Assembly (NCBI GenBank): GCA_030390025.1
Contig: JASTWF010000034.1
Span: 3,410,001-3,474,000, forward strand
DNA length: 64,000 nt
Source of the DNA: Squalus acanthias
Lineage: Eukaryota
Direction: 5' to 3'
Part shown: positions 13,822 through 28,443 of the stretch, piece after piece
Layout: every line of letters starts with the position of its first letter
How positions within the stretch are numbered: position 1 is the stretch's first letter
Position numbers and translations under genes: made by a program
The notes under the pieces: model-generated
Database searches by the model: none
What the model saw: the letters and a program-made list of their open reading frames with translations, nothing else
What the model was told of the DNA's origin: nothing

Positions 13822-16800
13822 AAATTAACAATTAGTTGCATCATTATCCCGCATTGTAGTGGGTATCATGTCTAAATTAACAATTAACCGTAACTTTTTT
13901 ACTCAGTGTAGAGTATATCATGTCAAATTAACAATTAAATTAACTTTATTCCCCGGTGTAGAGGATTTTATGTCAATTAAAAATTAACTGTAAAATTGTT
14001 CTCTTGTGTACAGGATATCATGCCAAATAAAAAAATAACTGTGACTTTATTCTGTGCTGTAGAGGATATCATGTCTAAATTAACAATTAACTGTAAAATT
14101 ATTCTCCGGTGTAGAGGTTATGATGTCAAATTAACAATTTACTGTAACTTTATTCACCGGTATAGAGGGCATCATGTAAAAATGAATAATTAACTGTAAC
14201 TTTATTCCGCATTGTAGTGGGTATCATGTCTAAATTAACAATTAAAAGTAACTTTTTTCCCCAGTGTAGAGTATATCATGCCAAATTAACAATTAAATTA
14301 ACTTTATTCGCCGGTGTAGAGGATATTATGTCAATTTAAAATTAACTGTAAAATTGTTCTCTTGTGTACAGGATATCATGCCAAATTAAAAATGAACTGT
14401 GACTTTATTCTGTGATGTAGAGGATATCATGTCTAAATTAACAATTAACTGTAAAATTATTCTCCGCTGTAGAGGTTATGATGCCAAATTAACAATTAAC
14501 AGTAACTTTATTCCCCGATGTAGAGGGTATCCTGTCTAAATTAGCAATTAACTGTAACTTTGTTCACCAGTGTAGAAGTTAACATGTCTAAATTAACAAT
14601 TAAGTGGAACTTTATTCCCCTGTTGAGAAGGTATCATGTCTAAATTAACAATTAACTGCAACTTTATTCCCCGGTGTGCAGGGAATCATGTCTACATTAA
14701 CAATTAACTGTAAATTTATTCCCCTGTGCAGAAGGTATCATGTAAAATTAACAATCAACTTTAACTTTATTCCCCGGTGTAGAGGGTATCATGTAAAATT
14801 AACAATCAACTGTAACTTAATTCCCAGTGTAGAGGTTTTCATGACAAATTAAAGATTACATTTATATTTATTCCCCAGTGTAGCGGGCATCATGGCATAA
14901 TTAACAATTAAATGTAACATTATTCCAAAGTGTAGAGGATATCATGTGAAAATTAGCAATTGACTGTAACTTTATTCTATGGTGTGCAAGGAATCATGTC
15001 TAAATTAACAATTAACTGTAACTTTATTCCCCGGTATACAGTACATCATATCAAAATTAGCAATTCAACGTAACTATATTCCCCGGTGCATAGGGCATCA
15101 TATCGAAATTAACAATTAACTGTAACTTTATTCACCGTTGTAGAGGGCTTCATGTCAAAATAAATATTAAGGGTAACTATATTCACTGATGTAGAGGGTA
15201 TCGTGTCAAATCAACATATAACAGTAACTTTATTCCTCGATGTAGCAGGAATCATGTCTAAATTAACAATTACCTGTAACTTTATTCCCCGGTGTAGAGG
15301 GGATCCGGTCTAAATTAACAATTAACTGTAATTTAATTCACCGTTTTTTAGGGAATCCTGTCTAAATTAACAATTAACTGTAACTTTATTCCCCAGTGTA
15401 GAAGGTATCATGTGTAAATTAACAATTAACTGTAACTTCATTCCCTGGAATACCGGGAATCATGTCTTAATTAACGATTAACTGTAATTTTATTCCCCAG
15501 TGTAGAGGGCATCATGTCGAAATTAACAATTAACTGTAACTTTATTGCCCGGTGTAGAGGGCATAATGGCAAATTAAAAATTAACTGTAACTTTATTCTC
15601 CCGTGTAGAGGGCATCATGTCAAATTAACAATTAACTGTTACTTTAGTTCCCGGTGTCGAGGTTATCATGTCTATATTAACAATTAACTGTATCTTTATT
15701 CCCCGGTGTCAAGGGCTTCATATTAATTTAACAATTAACTGTAACTTTATTCCCCGGTGTAGAGGGTATCATTTCAAATTAACTGTATCTTTATTCCTCT
15801 GTGTAGAGATTATCATGATAAAAAAATTCACTTTTACTTTATTCCCCGGTGTAGAGGGTATCATGTAAATTCAACAATTACCTGTAACTTTATTCTCTGG
15901 TCCAGAGGGTGGCATGTATAAATTAACAATTAAATGTAACTTTATTCCCCAGTGTAGAGGGCATCATGTCGAAATTAACAATTAGTTGCATCATTATCCC
16001 GCATTGTAGTGGGTATCATGTCTAAATTAACAATTAACCGTAACTTTTTTACTCAGTGTAGAGTATATCATGTCAAATTAACAATTAAATTAACTTTATT
16101 CCCCGGTGTAGAGGATTTTATGTCAATTAAAAATTAACTGTAAAATTGTTCTCTTGTGTGCAGGATATCATGCCAAATAAAAAAATAACTGTGACTTTAT
16201 TCTGTGCTGTAGAGGATATCATGTCTAAATTAACAATTAACTGTCAAATTATTCTCCGGTGTAGAGGTTATGATGTCAAATTAACAATTTACTGTAACTT
16301 TATTCACCGGTATAGAGGGCATCATGTAAAAATGAATAATTAACTGTAACTTTATTCCGCATTGTAGTGGGTATCATGTCTAAATTAACAATTAAAAGTA
16401 ACTTTTTTCCCCAGTGTAGAGTATATCATGCCAAATTAACAATTAAATTAACTTTATTCGCCGGTGTAGAGGATATTATGTCAATTTAAAATTAACTGTA
16501 AAATTGTTCTCTTGTGTACAGGATATCATGCCAAATTAAAAATGAACTGTGACTTTATTCTGTGATGTAGAGGATATCATGTCTAAATTAACAATTAACT
16601 GTAAAATTATTCTCCGCTGTAGAGGTTATGATGCCAAATTAACAATTAACAGTAACTTTATTCCCCGATGTAGAGGGTATCCTGTCTAAATTAGCAATTA
16701 ACTGTAACTTTGTTCACCAGTGTAGAAGTTAACATGTCTAAATTAACAATTAAGTGGAACTTTATTCCCCTGTTGAGAAGGTATCATGTCTAAATTAACA

Positions 16801-18121
16801 ATTAACTGCAACTTTATTCCCCGGTGTGCAGGGAATCATGTCTACATTAACAATTAACTGTAAATTTATTCCCCTGTGCAGAAGGTATCATGTAAAATTA
16901 ACAATCAACTTTAACTTTATTCCCCGGTGTAGAGGGTATCATGTAAAATTAACAATCAACTGTAACTTAATTCCCAGTGTAGAGGTTTTCATGACAAATT
17001 AAAGATTACATTTATATTTATTCCCCAGTGTAGCGGGCATCATGGCATAATTAACAATTAAATGTAACATTATTCCAAAGTGTAGAGGATATCATGTGAA
17101 AATTAGCAATTGACTGTAACTTTAGTCTATGGTGTGCAGGGAATCATGTCTAAATTAACAATTAACTGTAACTTTATTCCCCGGTATACAGGGTATCATG
17201 CCAAAATTAGCAATTAAACGTAACTATATTCCCCGGTGCATAGGGCATCATATCGAAATTAACAATTAACTGTAACTTTATTCACCGTTGTAGAGGGCTT
17301 CATGTCAAAATAAATATTAAGGGTAACTATATTCACTGATGTTGAGGGTATCGTGTCAAATCAACATACAACAGTAACTTTATTCCTCGATGTAGCAGGA
17401 ATCATGTCAAAATTAACAATTACCTGTAACTTTATTCCCCGGTGTAGAGGGGATCCGGTCTAAATTAACAATTAACTGTAACTTAATTCACCGTTTTTGA
17501 GGGAATCCTGTCTAAATTAATAATTAACTGTAACTTTATTCCCCAGTGTAGAAGGTATCATGTGTAAATTAACAATTAACTGTAACTTCATTCCCTGGAA
17601 TACCGGGAATCATGTCTTAATTAACGATTAACTGTAATTTTATTCCCCAGTGTAGAGGGCATCATGTCGAAATTAACAATTAACTGTAACTTTATTGCCC
17701 GGTGTAGAGGGCATAATGGCAAATTAAAAATTAACTGTAACTTTATTCTCCCGTGTAGAGGGCATCATGTCAAATTAACAATTAACTGTTACTTTAGTTC
17801 CCGGTGTCGAGGTTATCATGTCTATATTAACAATTAACTGTATCTTTATTCCCCGGTGTCAAGGGCTTCATATTAATTTAACAATTAACTGTAACTTTAT
17901 TCCCCGGTGTAGAGGGTATCATTTCAAATTAACTGTATCTTTATTCCTCTGTGTAGAGATTATCATGATAAAAAAATTCACTTTTACTTTATTCCCCGGT
18001 GTAGAGGGTATCATGTAAATTCAACAATTACCTGTAACTTTATTCTCTGGTCCAGAGGGTGGCATGTATAAATTAACAATTAAATGTAACTTTATTCCCC
18101 AGTGTAGAGGGCATCATGTCG
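13822..18121 (+). repeat. Higher-order tandem duplication of satellite, 2150-bp period (2 copies)
   Basis: Variant-monomer strings recur at +2150. Examples: 'attagttgcatcattatcccgc' at 13831 and 15981, and marker ORFs at 13996/16146 and 15668/17818. Confidence 0.85.
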
Positions 18122-19572
18122 AAATTAACAATTAACTGTAACTTTATTGCCCGGTGTAGAGGGTATCATGACAGATTAACAATTAACTTCAACTTTATTC
18201 TCCGGTGTTGAGGGCATCATATAAAATTAACAATTAACTGTAACTTTATTTCACGAAGTAGAGGGTATCATATCAAATGAACAATTAACTGTAACTTTAC
18301 TCCCCGGTGTAGAGGGCATCCTGTCAAAATTAACAATTAACTGTAACTTCTTTCCCCGGTGTAGAGGGCATCATGTCAAAATTTGCAATTAACTGTAACT
18401 ATATTCCCCGGTGTGATGTGTATGATGTTTAAGTTAACAATTAACTGTAACCTTAATCCCTGGTTTAGAGGATATCATGTCGAATTAACAATTAACTGTA
18501 ACTTATTCCCCGGTGTAGAGGGCATTAAGTCAAAATTAACAATTAACTGTAACTTTATTCCTCGGTGTAAAGGATATTATGTCAAAATTAGCAATTAACT
18601 GTAACTATATTCCACGGTGCAGAGTGTATCATATCAAATTAACAATTAACTGTGACTTTATTTCTCAGTGTAGAGGGTTCCATTTCAAATTTAATGTATC
18701 ATTATTCCCCAGTGTAGAGATTATTGACTGTAATTTTATTCCACAGTGTAGAGGGTATCATGTAAATTCAACAATTAACAGTAAGTTTATTCTCTGGTGT
18801 ACAGGGTATCATGTCTAAATTAACAATTAACTGTAACTTTATTTCAGAGTGTTGAGGTCATCATGAAAAATTAACAATTAACTGTAACTTTATTTCCCGG
18901 TGTAGAGGGTATCATATCAAATTACCAATTTACTGTAACTTTATCCCCCGGTGTAGAGGGCATCATGTAAAAATTAACAATTAGTTGCATCATTATCCCG
19001 CATTGTAGTGGGTATCATGTCGAAATTAACAATTAATCGTAACTTTTTTACCCAGTGTAGAGTATATCATGTCAAATTAACAATTAAATTAACTTTATTC
19101 GCCGGTGTAGAGGATATTATGTCAATTTAAAATTAACTGTAAAATTGTTCTCTTGTGTACAGGATATCATGCCAAATTAAAAATTAACTGTGACTTTATT
19201 CTGTGCTGTAGAGGATATCATGTCTAAATTAACAATTAAGTGTAAAATTATTCTCCGCTGTAGAGGTTATGATGCCAAATTAACAATTAACAGTAACTTT
19301 ATTCCCCGATGTAGAGGGTATCCTGTCTAAAACAGCAATTAACTGTAACTTTGTTCACCAGTGTAGAAGTTATCATGTCTAAATTAATAATTAAGTGTAA
19401 CTTTATTCCCCTGTTGAGAAGGTATCATGTCTAAATTAACGATTAAGTGTCACTTTATTCCCCTGTTGAGAAGGTATCATTTCTAAATTAACAATTAACT
19501 GCAACTTTATTCCACGGTGCAGAGTGTATCATATCAAATTAACAATTAACTGTAACTTTATTTCTCAGTGCA

Positions 19573-22500
19573 GAGATTATTGACTGTAATTTTATTCCAC
19601 AGTGTAGAGGGTATCATGTAAATTCAACAATGAACAGTAAGTTTATTCTCTGGTGTACACGGCATCATGCCTAAATTAACAATTAACTGTAACTTTATTT
19701 CCCGGTGTAGTGGTTATCATATCAAATTAACAATTTACTGTAACTTTATCCCCCGGTGTAGAGCGCATCATGTAAAAATTAACAATTAGTTGCATCATTA
19801 TCCCGCATTGTAGTGGGTATCATGTCTAAATTAACAATTAACCATAACTTTTTTACTCAGTTTAGAGTATATCATGTCAAATTAACAATTAAATTAACTT
19901 TATTCCCCGGTGTAGAGGATTTTATGTCAATTAAAAATTAACTGTAAAATTGTTCTCTTGTGTACAGGATATCATGCCAAATAAAAAAATAACTGTGACT
20001 TTATTCTGTGCTGTAGAGGATATCATGTCTAAATTAACAATTAACTGTAAAATTATTCTCCGGTGTAGAGGTTATGATGTCAAATTAACAATTTACTGTA
20101 ACTTTATTCACCGGTATAGAGGGCATCATGTAAAAATGAATAATTAACTGTAACTTTATTCCGCATTGTAGTGGGTATCATGTCTAAATTAACAATTAAA
20201 AGTAACTTTTTTCCCCAGTGTAGAGTATATCATGCCAAATTAACAATTAAATTAACTTTATTCGCCGGTGTAGAGGATATTATGTCAATTTAAAATTAAC
20301 TGTAAAATTGTTCTCTTGTGTACAGGATATCATGCCAAATTAAAAATTAACTGTGACTTTATTCTGTGATGTAGAGGATATCATGTCTAAATTAACAATT
20401 AAGTGTAAAATTATTCTCCGCTGTAGAGGTTATGATGCCAAATTAACAATTAAAAGTAACTTTATTCCCCGATGTAGAGGGTATCCTGTCTAAATTAGCA
20501 ATTAACTGTAACTTTGTTCACCAGTGTAGAAGTTAACATGTCTAAATTAACAATTAAGTGGAACTTTATTCCCCTGTTGAGAAGGTATCATGTCTAAATT
20601 AACGATTAAGTGTCAATTTATTCCCCTGTTGAGAAGGTATCATGTCTAAATTAACAATTAACTGCAACTTTATTCCCCGGTGTGCAGGGAATCATGTCTA
20701 CATTAACAATTAACTGTAAATGTATTCCCCTGTGCAGAAGGTATCATGTAAAATTAACAATCAACTTTAACTTTATTCCCCGGTGTAGAGGGTATCATGT
20801 AAAATTAACAATCAACTGTAACTTAATTCCCAGTGTAGAGGTTTTCATGACAAATTAAAGATTACATTTATATTTATTCCCCAGTGTAGCGGGCATCATG
20901 GCATAATTAACAGTTAAATGTAACATTATTCCAAAGTGTAGAGGATATCATGTGAAAATTAGCAATTGACTGTAACTTTATTCTATGGTGTGCAGGGAAT
21001 CATGTCTAAATTAACAATTAACTGTAACTTTATTCCCCGGTATACAGTACATCATATCAAAATTAGCAATTCAACGTAACTATATTCCCCGGTGCATAGG
21101 GCATCATATCGAAATTAACAATTAACTGTAACTTTATTCACCGTTGTAGAGGGCTTCATGTCAAAATAAATATTAAGGGTAACTATATTCACTGATGTAG
21201 AGGGTATCGTGTCAAATCAACATATAACAGTAACTTTATTCCTCGATGTAGCAGGAATCATGTCTAAATTAACAATTACCTGTAACTTTATTCCCCGGTG
21301 CATAGGGTATCATGTTAAAATTAACCATTAACTGTAATTTTATTCCCCGGTGTAGAGGGCATCATGTAGAAATTAACAATTGACTGTAACTTTATTGCCC
21401 GGTGTAGAGGGCATAATGGCAAATTAAAAATTAACTGTAACTTTATTCTCCCGTGTAGAGGGCATCATGTCAAATTAACAATTAACTGTTACTTTATTTC
21501 CCGGTGTCGACGTTATCATGTCTATATTTACAATTAACTGTATCTTTATTCCCCGGTGTCGCGGGCTTCATATTAATTTAACAATTAACTGTAACTTTAT
21601 TCCCCGGTGTAGAGGGTATAATTTCAAATTAACTGTATCTTTATTCCTCTGTGTAGAGATTATCATGATAAAAAAATTCACTTTTACTTTATTCCCCGGT
21701 GTAGAGGGTATCATGTAAATTCAACAATTACCTGCAACTTTATTCCCTGGTCCAGAGGGTGGCATGTATAAATTAATAATTAAATGTAACTTTATTCCCC
21801 GGTGTAGAGGATATCATGTCAAATTAACAATTACATGTAACTTTATTCCCCAGAGTATAGGGTATCATGACAGATTAACAATTAACTTCAACTTTATTCT
21901 CCGGTGTTCAGGGCATCATATAAAATTAACAATTAACTGTAACTTTATTTCCCGATGTAGAGGGTATCATATCAAATGAACAATTAACTGTAACTTTACT
22001 CCCCGGTGTAGAGGGCATCATGTCAAAATTAACAATTAAATGTAACTTCTTTCCCCGGTGTAGAGGGCATCATGTCAAAATTTGCAATTAACTGTAACTA
22101 TATTCTCCGGTGTGATGTGTATGATGCTTAATTTAAGAATTAACTGTAACCTTAATCCCTGGTTTAGAGGATATCATGTCTAAATAACAATTAACTGTAA
22201 CTTATTCCCCGGTGTAGAGGGCATTATGTCAAAATTAACAATTAACTGTAACTTTATTCCTCGGTGTAAAGGATATTATGTCAAAATGAGCAATTAACTG
22301 TAACTATATTGCACGGTGCAGAGTGTATCATATCAAATTAACAATTAACTGTAACTTTATTTCTCAGTGCAGAGGTTTCCATTTCAAATTAATTGTATCA
22401 TTATTCCCCAGTGTAGAGATTATTGACTGTAATTTTATTCCACAGTGTAGAGGGTATCATGTAAATTCAACAATGAACAGTAAGTTTATTCTCTGGTGTA

Positions 22501-25500
22501 CACGGCATCATGCCTAAATTAACAATTAACTGTAACTTTATTTCCCGGTGTAGTGGTTATCATATCAAATTAACAATTTACTGTAACTTTATCCCCCGGT
22601 GTAGAGGGCATCATGTAAAAATTAACAATTAGTTGCATCATTATCCCGCATTGTAGTGGGTATCATGTCTAAATTAACAATTAACCGTAACTTTTTTACT
22701 CAGTGTAGAGTATATCATGTCAAATTAACAATTAAATTAACTTTATTCCCCGGTGTAGAGGATTTTATGTCAATTAAAAATTAACTGTAAAATTGTTCTC
22801 TTGTGTACAGGATATCATGCCAAATAAAAAAATAACTGTGACTTTATTCTGTGCTGTAGAGGATATCATGTCTAAATTAACAATTAACTGTAAAATTATT
22901 CTCCGGTGTAGAGGTTATGATGTCAAATTAACAATTTACTGTAACTTTATTCACCGGTATAGAGGGCATCATGTAAAAATGAATAATTAACTGTAACTTT
23001 ATTCCGCATTGTAGTGGGTATCATGTCTAAATTAACAATTAAAAGTAACTTTTTTCCCCAGTGTAGAGTATATCATGCCAAATTAACAATTAAATTAACT
23101 TTATTCGCCGGTGTAGAGGATATTATGTCAATTTAAAATTAACTGTAAAATTGTTCTCTTGTGTACAGGATATCATGCCAAATTAAAAATTAACTGTGAC
23201 TTTATTCTGTGATGTAGAGGATATCATGTCTAAATTAACAATTAAGTGTAAAATTATTCTCCGCTGTAGAGGTTATGATGCCAAATTAACAATTAACAGT
23301 AACTTTATTCCCCGATGTAGAGGGTATCCTGTCTAAATTAGCAATTAACTGTAACTTTGTTCACCAGTGTAGAAGTTAACATGTCTAAATTAACAATTAA
23401 GTGGAACTTTATTCCCCTGTTGAGAAGGTATCATGTCTAAATTAACGATTAAGTGTCAATTTATTCCCCTGTTGAGAAGGTATCATGTCTAAATTAACAA
23501 TTAACTGCAACTTTATTCCCCGGTGTGCAGGGAATCATGTCTACATTAACAATTAACTGTAAATTTATTCCCCTGTGCAGAAGGTATCATGTAAAATTAA
23601 CAATCAACTTTAACTTTATTCCCCGGTGTAGAGGGTGTCATGTAAAATTAACAATCAACTGTAACTTAATTCCCAGTGTAGAGGTTTTCATGACAAATTA
23701 AAGATTACATTTATATTTATTCCCCAGTGTAGCGGGCATCATGGCATAATTAACAGTTAAATGTAACATTATTCCAAAGTGTAGAGGATATCATGTGAAA
23801 ATTAGCAATTGACTGTAACTTTATTCTATGGTGTGCAGGGAATCATGTCTAAATTAACAATTAACTGTAACTTTATTCCCCGGTATACAGTACATCATAT
23901 CAAAATTAGCAATTCAACGTAACTATATTCCCCGGTGCATAGGGCATCATATCGAAATTAACAATTAACTGTAACTTTATTCACCGTTGTAGAGGGCTTC
24001 ATGTCAAAATAAATATTAAGGGTAACTATATTCACTGATGTAGAGGGTATCGTGTCAAATCAACATATAACAGTAACTTTATTCCTCGATGTAGCAGGAA
24101 TCATGTCTAAATTAACAATTACCTGTAACTTTATTCCCCGGTGCATAGGGTATCATGTTAAAATTAACCATTAACTGTAATTTTATTCCCCGGTGTAGAG
24201 GGCATCATGTAGAAATTAACAATTGACTGTAACTTTATTGCCCGGTGTAGAGGGCATAATGGCAAATTAAAAATTAACTGTAACTTTATTCTCCCGTGTA
24301 GAGGGCATCATGTCAAATTAACAATTAACTGTTACTTTATTTCCCGGTGTCGACGTTATCATGTCTATATTTACAATTAACTGTATCTTTATTCCCCGGT
24401 GTCGCGGGCTTCATATTAATTTAACAATTAACTGTAACTTTATTCCCCGGTGTAGAGGGTATAATTTCAAATTAACTGTATCTTTATTCCTCTGTGTAGA
24501 GATTATCATGATAAAAAAATTCACTTTTACTTTATTCCCCGGTGTAGAGGGTATCATGTAAATTCAACAATTACCTGCAACTTTATTCCCTGGTCCAGAG
24601 GGTGGCATGTATAAATTAATAATTAAATGTAACTTTATTCCCCGGTGTAGAGGATATCATGTCAAATTAACAATTAACTGTAACTTTATTCCCCAGTGTA
24701 TAAGGTATCATGACAGATTAACAATTAACTTCAACTTTATTCTCCGGTGTTCAGGGCATCATATAAAATTAACAATTAACTGTAACTTTATTTCCCGATG
24801 TAGAGGGTATCATATCAAATGAACAATTAACTGTAACTTTACTCCCCGGTGTAGAGGGCATCATGTCAAAATTAACAATTAAATGTAACTTCTTTCCCCG
24901 GTGTAGAGGGCATCATGTCAAAATTTGCAATTAACTGTAACTATATTCTCCGGTGTGATGTGTATGATGCTTAATTTAACAATTAACTGTAACCTTAATC
25001 CCTGGTTTAGAGGATATCATGTCTAAATAACAATTAACTGTAACTTATTCCCCGGTGTAGAGGGCATTATGTCAAAATTAACAATTAACTGTAACTTTAT
25101 TCCTCGGTGTAAAGGATATTATGTCAAAATTAGCAATTAACTGTAACTATATTGCACGGTGCAGAGTGTATCATATCAAATTAACAATTAACTGTAACTT
25201 TATTTCTCAGTGCAGAGGTTTCCATTTCAAATTAATTGTATCATTATTCCCCAGTGTAGAGATTATTGACTGTAATTTTATTCCACAGTGTAGAGGGTAT
25301 CATGTAAATTCAACAATGAACAGTAAGTTTATTCTCTGGTGTACACGGCATCATGCCTAAATTAACAATTAACTGTAACTTTATTTCCCGGTGTAGTGGT
25401 TATCATATCAAATTAACAATTTACTGTAACTTTATCCCCCGGTGTAGAGGGCATCATGTAAAAATTAACAATTAGTTGCATCATTATCCCGCATTGTAGT

Positions 25501-26985
25501 GGGTATCATGTCTAAATTAACAATTAACCGTAACTTTTTTACTCAGTGTAGAGTATATCATGTCAAATTAACAATTAAATTAACTTTATTCCCCGGTGTA
25601 GAGGATTTTATGTCAATTAAAAATTAACTGTAAAATTGTTCTCTTGTGTACAGGATATCATGCCAAATAAAAAAATAACTGTGACTTTATTCTGTGCTGT
25701 AGAGGATATCATGTCTAAATTAACAATTAACTGTCAAATTATTCTCCGGTGTAGAGGTTATGATGTCAAATTAACAATTTACTGTAACTTTATTCACCGG
25801 TATAGAGGGCATCATGTAAAAATGAATAATTAACTGTAACTTTATTCCGCATTGTAGTGGGTATCATGTCTAAATTAACAATTAAAAGTAACTTTTTTCC
25901 CCAGTGTAGAGTATATCATGCCAAATTAACAATTAAATTAACTTTATTCGCCGGTGTAGAGGATATTATGTCAATTTAAAATTAACTGTAAAATTGTTCT
26001 CTTGTGTACAGGATATCATGCCAAATTAAAAATTAACTGTGACTTTATTCTGTGATGTAGAGGATATCATGTCTAAATTAACAATTAACTGTAAAATTAT
26101 TCTCCGCTGTAGAGGTTATGATGCCAAATTAACAATTAACAGTAACTTTATTCCCCGATGTAGAGGGTATCCTGTCTAAATTAGCAATTAACTGTAACTT
26201 TGTTCACCAGTGTAGAAGTTAACATGTCTAAATTAACAATTAAGTGGAACTTTATTCCCCTGTTGAGAAGGTATCATGTCTAAATTAACGATTAAGTGTC
26301 AATTTATTCCCCTGTTGAGAAGGTATCATTTCTAAATTAACAATTAACTGCAACTTTATTCCCCGGTGTGCAGGGAATCATGTCTACATTAACAATTAAC
26401 TGTAAATTTATTCCCCTGTGCAGAAGGTATCATGTAAAATTAACAATCAACTTTAACTTTATTCCCCGGTGTAGAGGGTATCATGTAAAATTAACAATCA
26501 ACTGTAACTTAATTCCCAGTGTAGAGGTTTTCATGACAAATTAAAGATTACATTTATATTTATTCCCCAGTGTAGCGGGCATCATGGCATAATTAACAAT
26601 TAAATGTAACATTATTCCAAAGTGTAGAGGATATCATGTGAAAATTAGCAATTGACTGTAACTTTAGTCTATGGTGTGCAGGGAATCATGTCTAAATTAA
26701 CAATTAACTGTAACTTTATTCCCCGGTATACAGGGTATCATGCCAAAATTAGCAATTAAACGTAACTATATTCCCCGGTGCATAGGGCATCATATCGAAA
26801 TTAACAATTAACTGTAACTTTATTCACCGTTGTAGAGGGCTTCATGTCAAAATAAATATTAAGGGTAACTATATTCACTGATGTTGAGGGTATCGTGTCA
26901 AATCAACATACAACAGTAACTTTATTCCTCGATGTAGCAGGAATCATGTCAAAATTAACAATTACCTGTAACTTTATTCCCCGGT
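19573..26985 (+). repeat. Higher-order repeat of satellite, 2843-bp period (about 2.6 copies)
   Basis: Marker ORFs recur at exactly +2843: 19950/22793/25636, 21518/24361 and 21764/24607. The copies are near-identical by eye. Boundaries are approximate. Confidence 0.88.
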
Positions 26986-26990
26986 GTAGA

Positions 26991-27500
26991 GGGGATCCGG
27001 TCTAAATTAACAATTAACTGTAACTTAATTCCCCGTTTTTGAGGGAATCCTGTCTAAATTAATAATTAACTGTAACTTTATTCCCCAGTGTAGAAGGTAT
27101 CATGTGTAAATTAACAATTAACTGTAACTTCATTCCCTGGAATACCGGGAATCATGTCTTAATTAACGATTAACTGTAATTTTATTCCCCAGTGTAGAGG
27201 GCATCATGTCGAAATTAACAATTAACTGTAACTTTATTGCCCGGTGTAGAGGGGATCCGGTCTAAATTAACAATTAACTGTAACTTAATTCCCCGTTTTT
27301 GAGGGAATCCTGTCTAAATTAACAATTAACTGTAACTTTATTCCCCAGTGTAGAAGGTATCATGTGTAAATTAACAATTAACTGTAACTTCATTCCCTGG
27401 AATACCGGGAATCATGTCTTAATTAACGATTAACTGTAATTTTATTCCCCAGTGTAGAGGGCATCATGTCGAAATTAACAATTAACTGTAACTTTATTGC
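26991..27500 (+). repeat. 260-bp (5 x 52 bp) local tandem duplication
   Basis: The rare variant 'ggggatccggtctaaatt' occurs at 26991 and 27251, and 'ggaataccggga' at 27139 and 27399. Confidence 0.85.
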
Positions 27501-27831
27501 CCGGTGTAGAGGGCATAATGGCAAATTAAAAATTAACTGTAACTTTATTCTCCCGTGTAGAGGGCATCATGTCAAATTAACAATTAACTGTTACTTTAGT
27601 TCCCGGTGTCGAGGTTATCATGTCTATATTAACAATTAACTGTATCTTTATTCCCCGGTGTCAAGGGCTTCATATTAATTTAACAATTAATTGTAACTTT
27701 ATTCCCCGGTGTAGAGGGTATCATTTCAAATTAACTGTATCTTTATTCCTCTGTGTAGAGATTATCATGATAAAAAAATTCACTTTTACTTTATTCCCCG
27801 GTGTAGAGGGTATCATGTAAATTCAACAATT

Positions 27832-27855
27832 ACATAAGAACATAAGAACATAAGA
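27832..27855 (-). repeat. LINE 3' terminal octamer tail, (ACATAAGA)3 on plus = (TCTTATGT)3 on the element strand
   Basis: Three perfect 8-bp units at the left junction. CR1 elements are known to end in 8-bp tandem repeats. Confidence 0.93.
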
Positions 27856-27859
27856 AATA

Positions 27860-27898
27860 GGAGCAGGAGTAGGCCAATCGGCCCCTCGAGCCTGCTCC
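27860..27898 (-). other. 3' UTR stem-loop, probable RT recognition signal
   Basis: A perfect 8-bp inverted repeat, GGAGCAGG (27860-27867) / CCTGCTCC (27891-27898), encloses a GGCC-aatc-GGCC hairpin immediately inside the octamer tail. Function is inferred from CR1/L2 biology. Confidence 0.7.
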
Positions 27899-28443
27899 GC
27901 CATTCAATAAGATCATGGCTGATCTGATCCTAACCGCCAATCTACTATCTATCACAGAACCATCTCCTGAATCTAACAGAATTGCACACACGAAATAGGA
28001 GCAGAATCAGGCTACTCAGTCCCTGGGCCCGCTCCACTACCCACAGGGCCATGACCGATCCGAACCTAGACTCATGTCCAAATTCCTGCCCGCTCCCCGT
28101 AACCCTTAATGCCCTTTACTTCTAGGAAACTGTCTATTTCTGTTTTAAATTTAATTAATGTTGTAGCTTCTACAGCTTTTTGTGGCAGCATATTCCATGG
28201 ACCTACCACCCTCCGAGTGAAGTAGTTCCTCCTCATCTCAGTTTTGAAAGAGCAGCCCCTTATTCTAAGACTATGTCCCCTAGTTCTCGTCTCACCCGTC
28301 ATCGGGAACATCCTCCCCGCATCCACCCGATCCAACCCCTTCACAATCTTATATGTTTCAATAAGATCGCCTCTCATTCTTCTGAACTCCAATGAGTAGA
28401 GTCCCAATCTACCCAACCTCTCCTCATATGACCACCCCCTCAT

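Larger units (their letters stand above)
1..27833 (+). repeat. 51/52-bp tandem satellite array, segment 1 (runs off the left edge of the window)
   Basis: Continuous head-to-tail copies of AAATTAACAATTAACTGTAACTTTATTCCCCGGTGTAGAGGG(T/C)ATCATGTC(T/A), with substitutions and short indels. There is no unique spacer sequence and no orientation switch. Confidence 0.99.
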
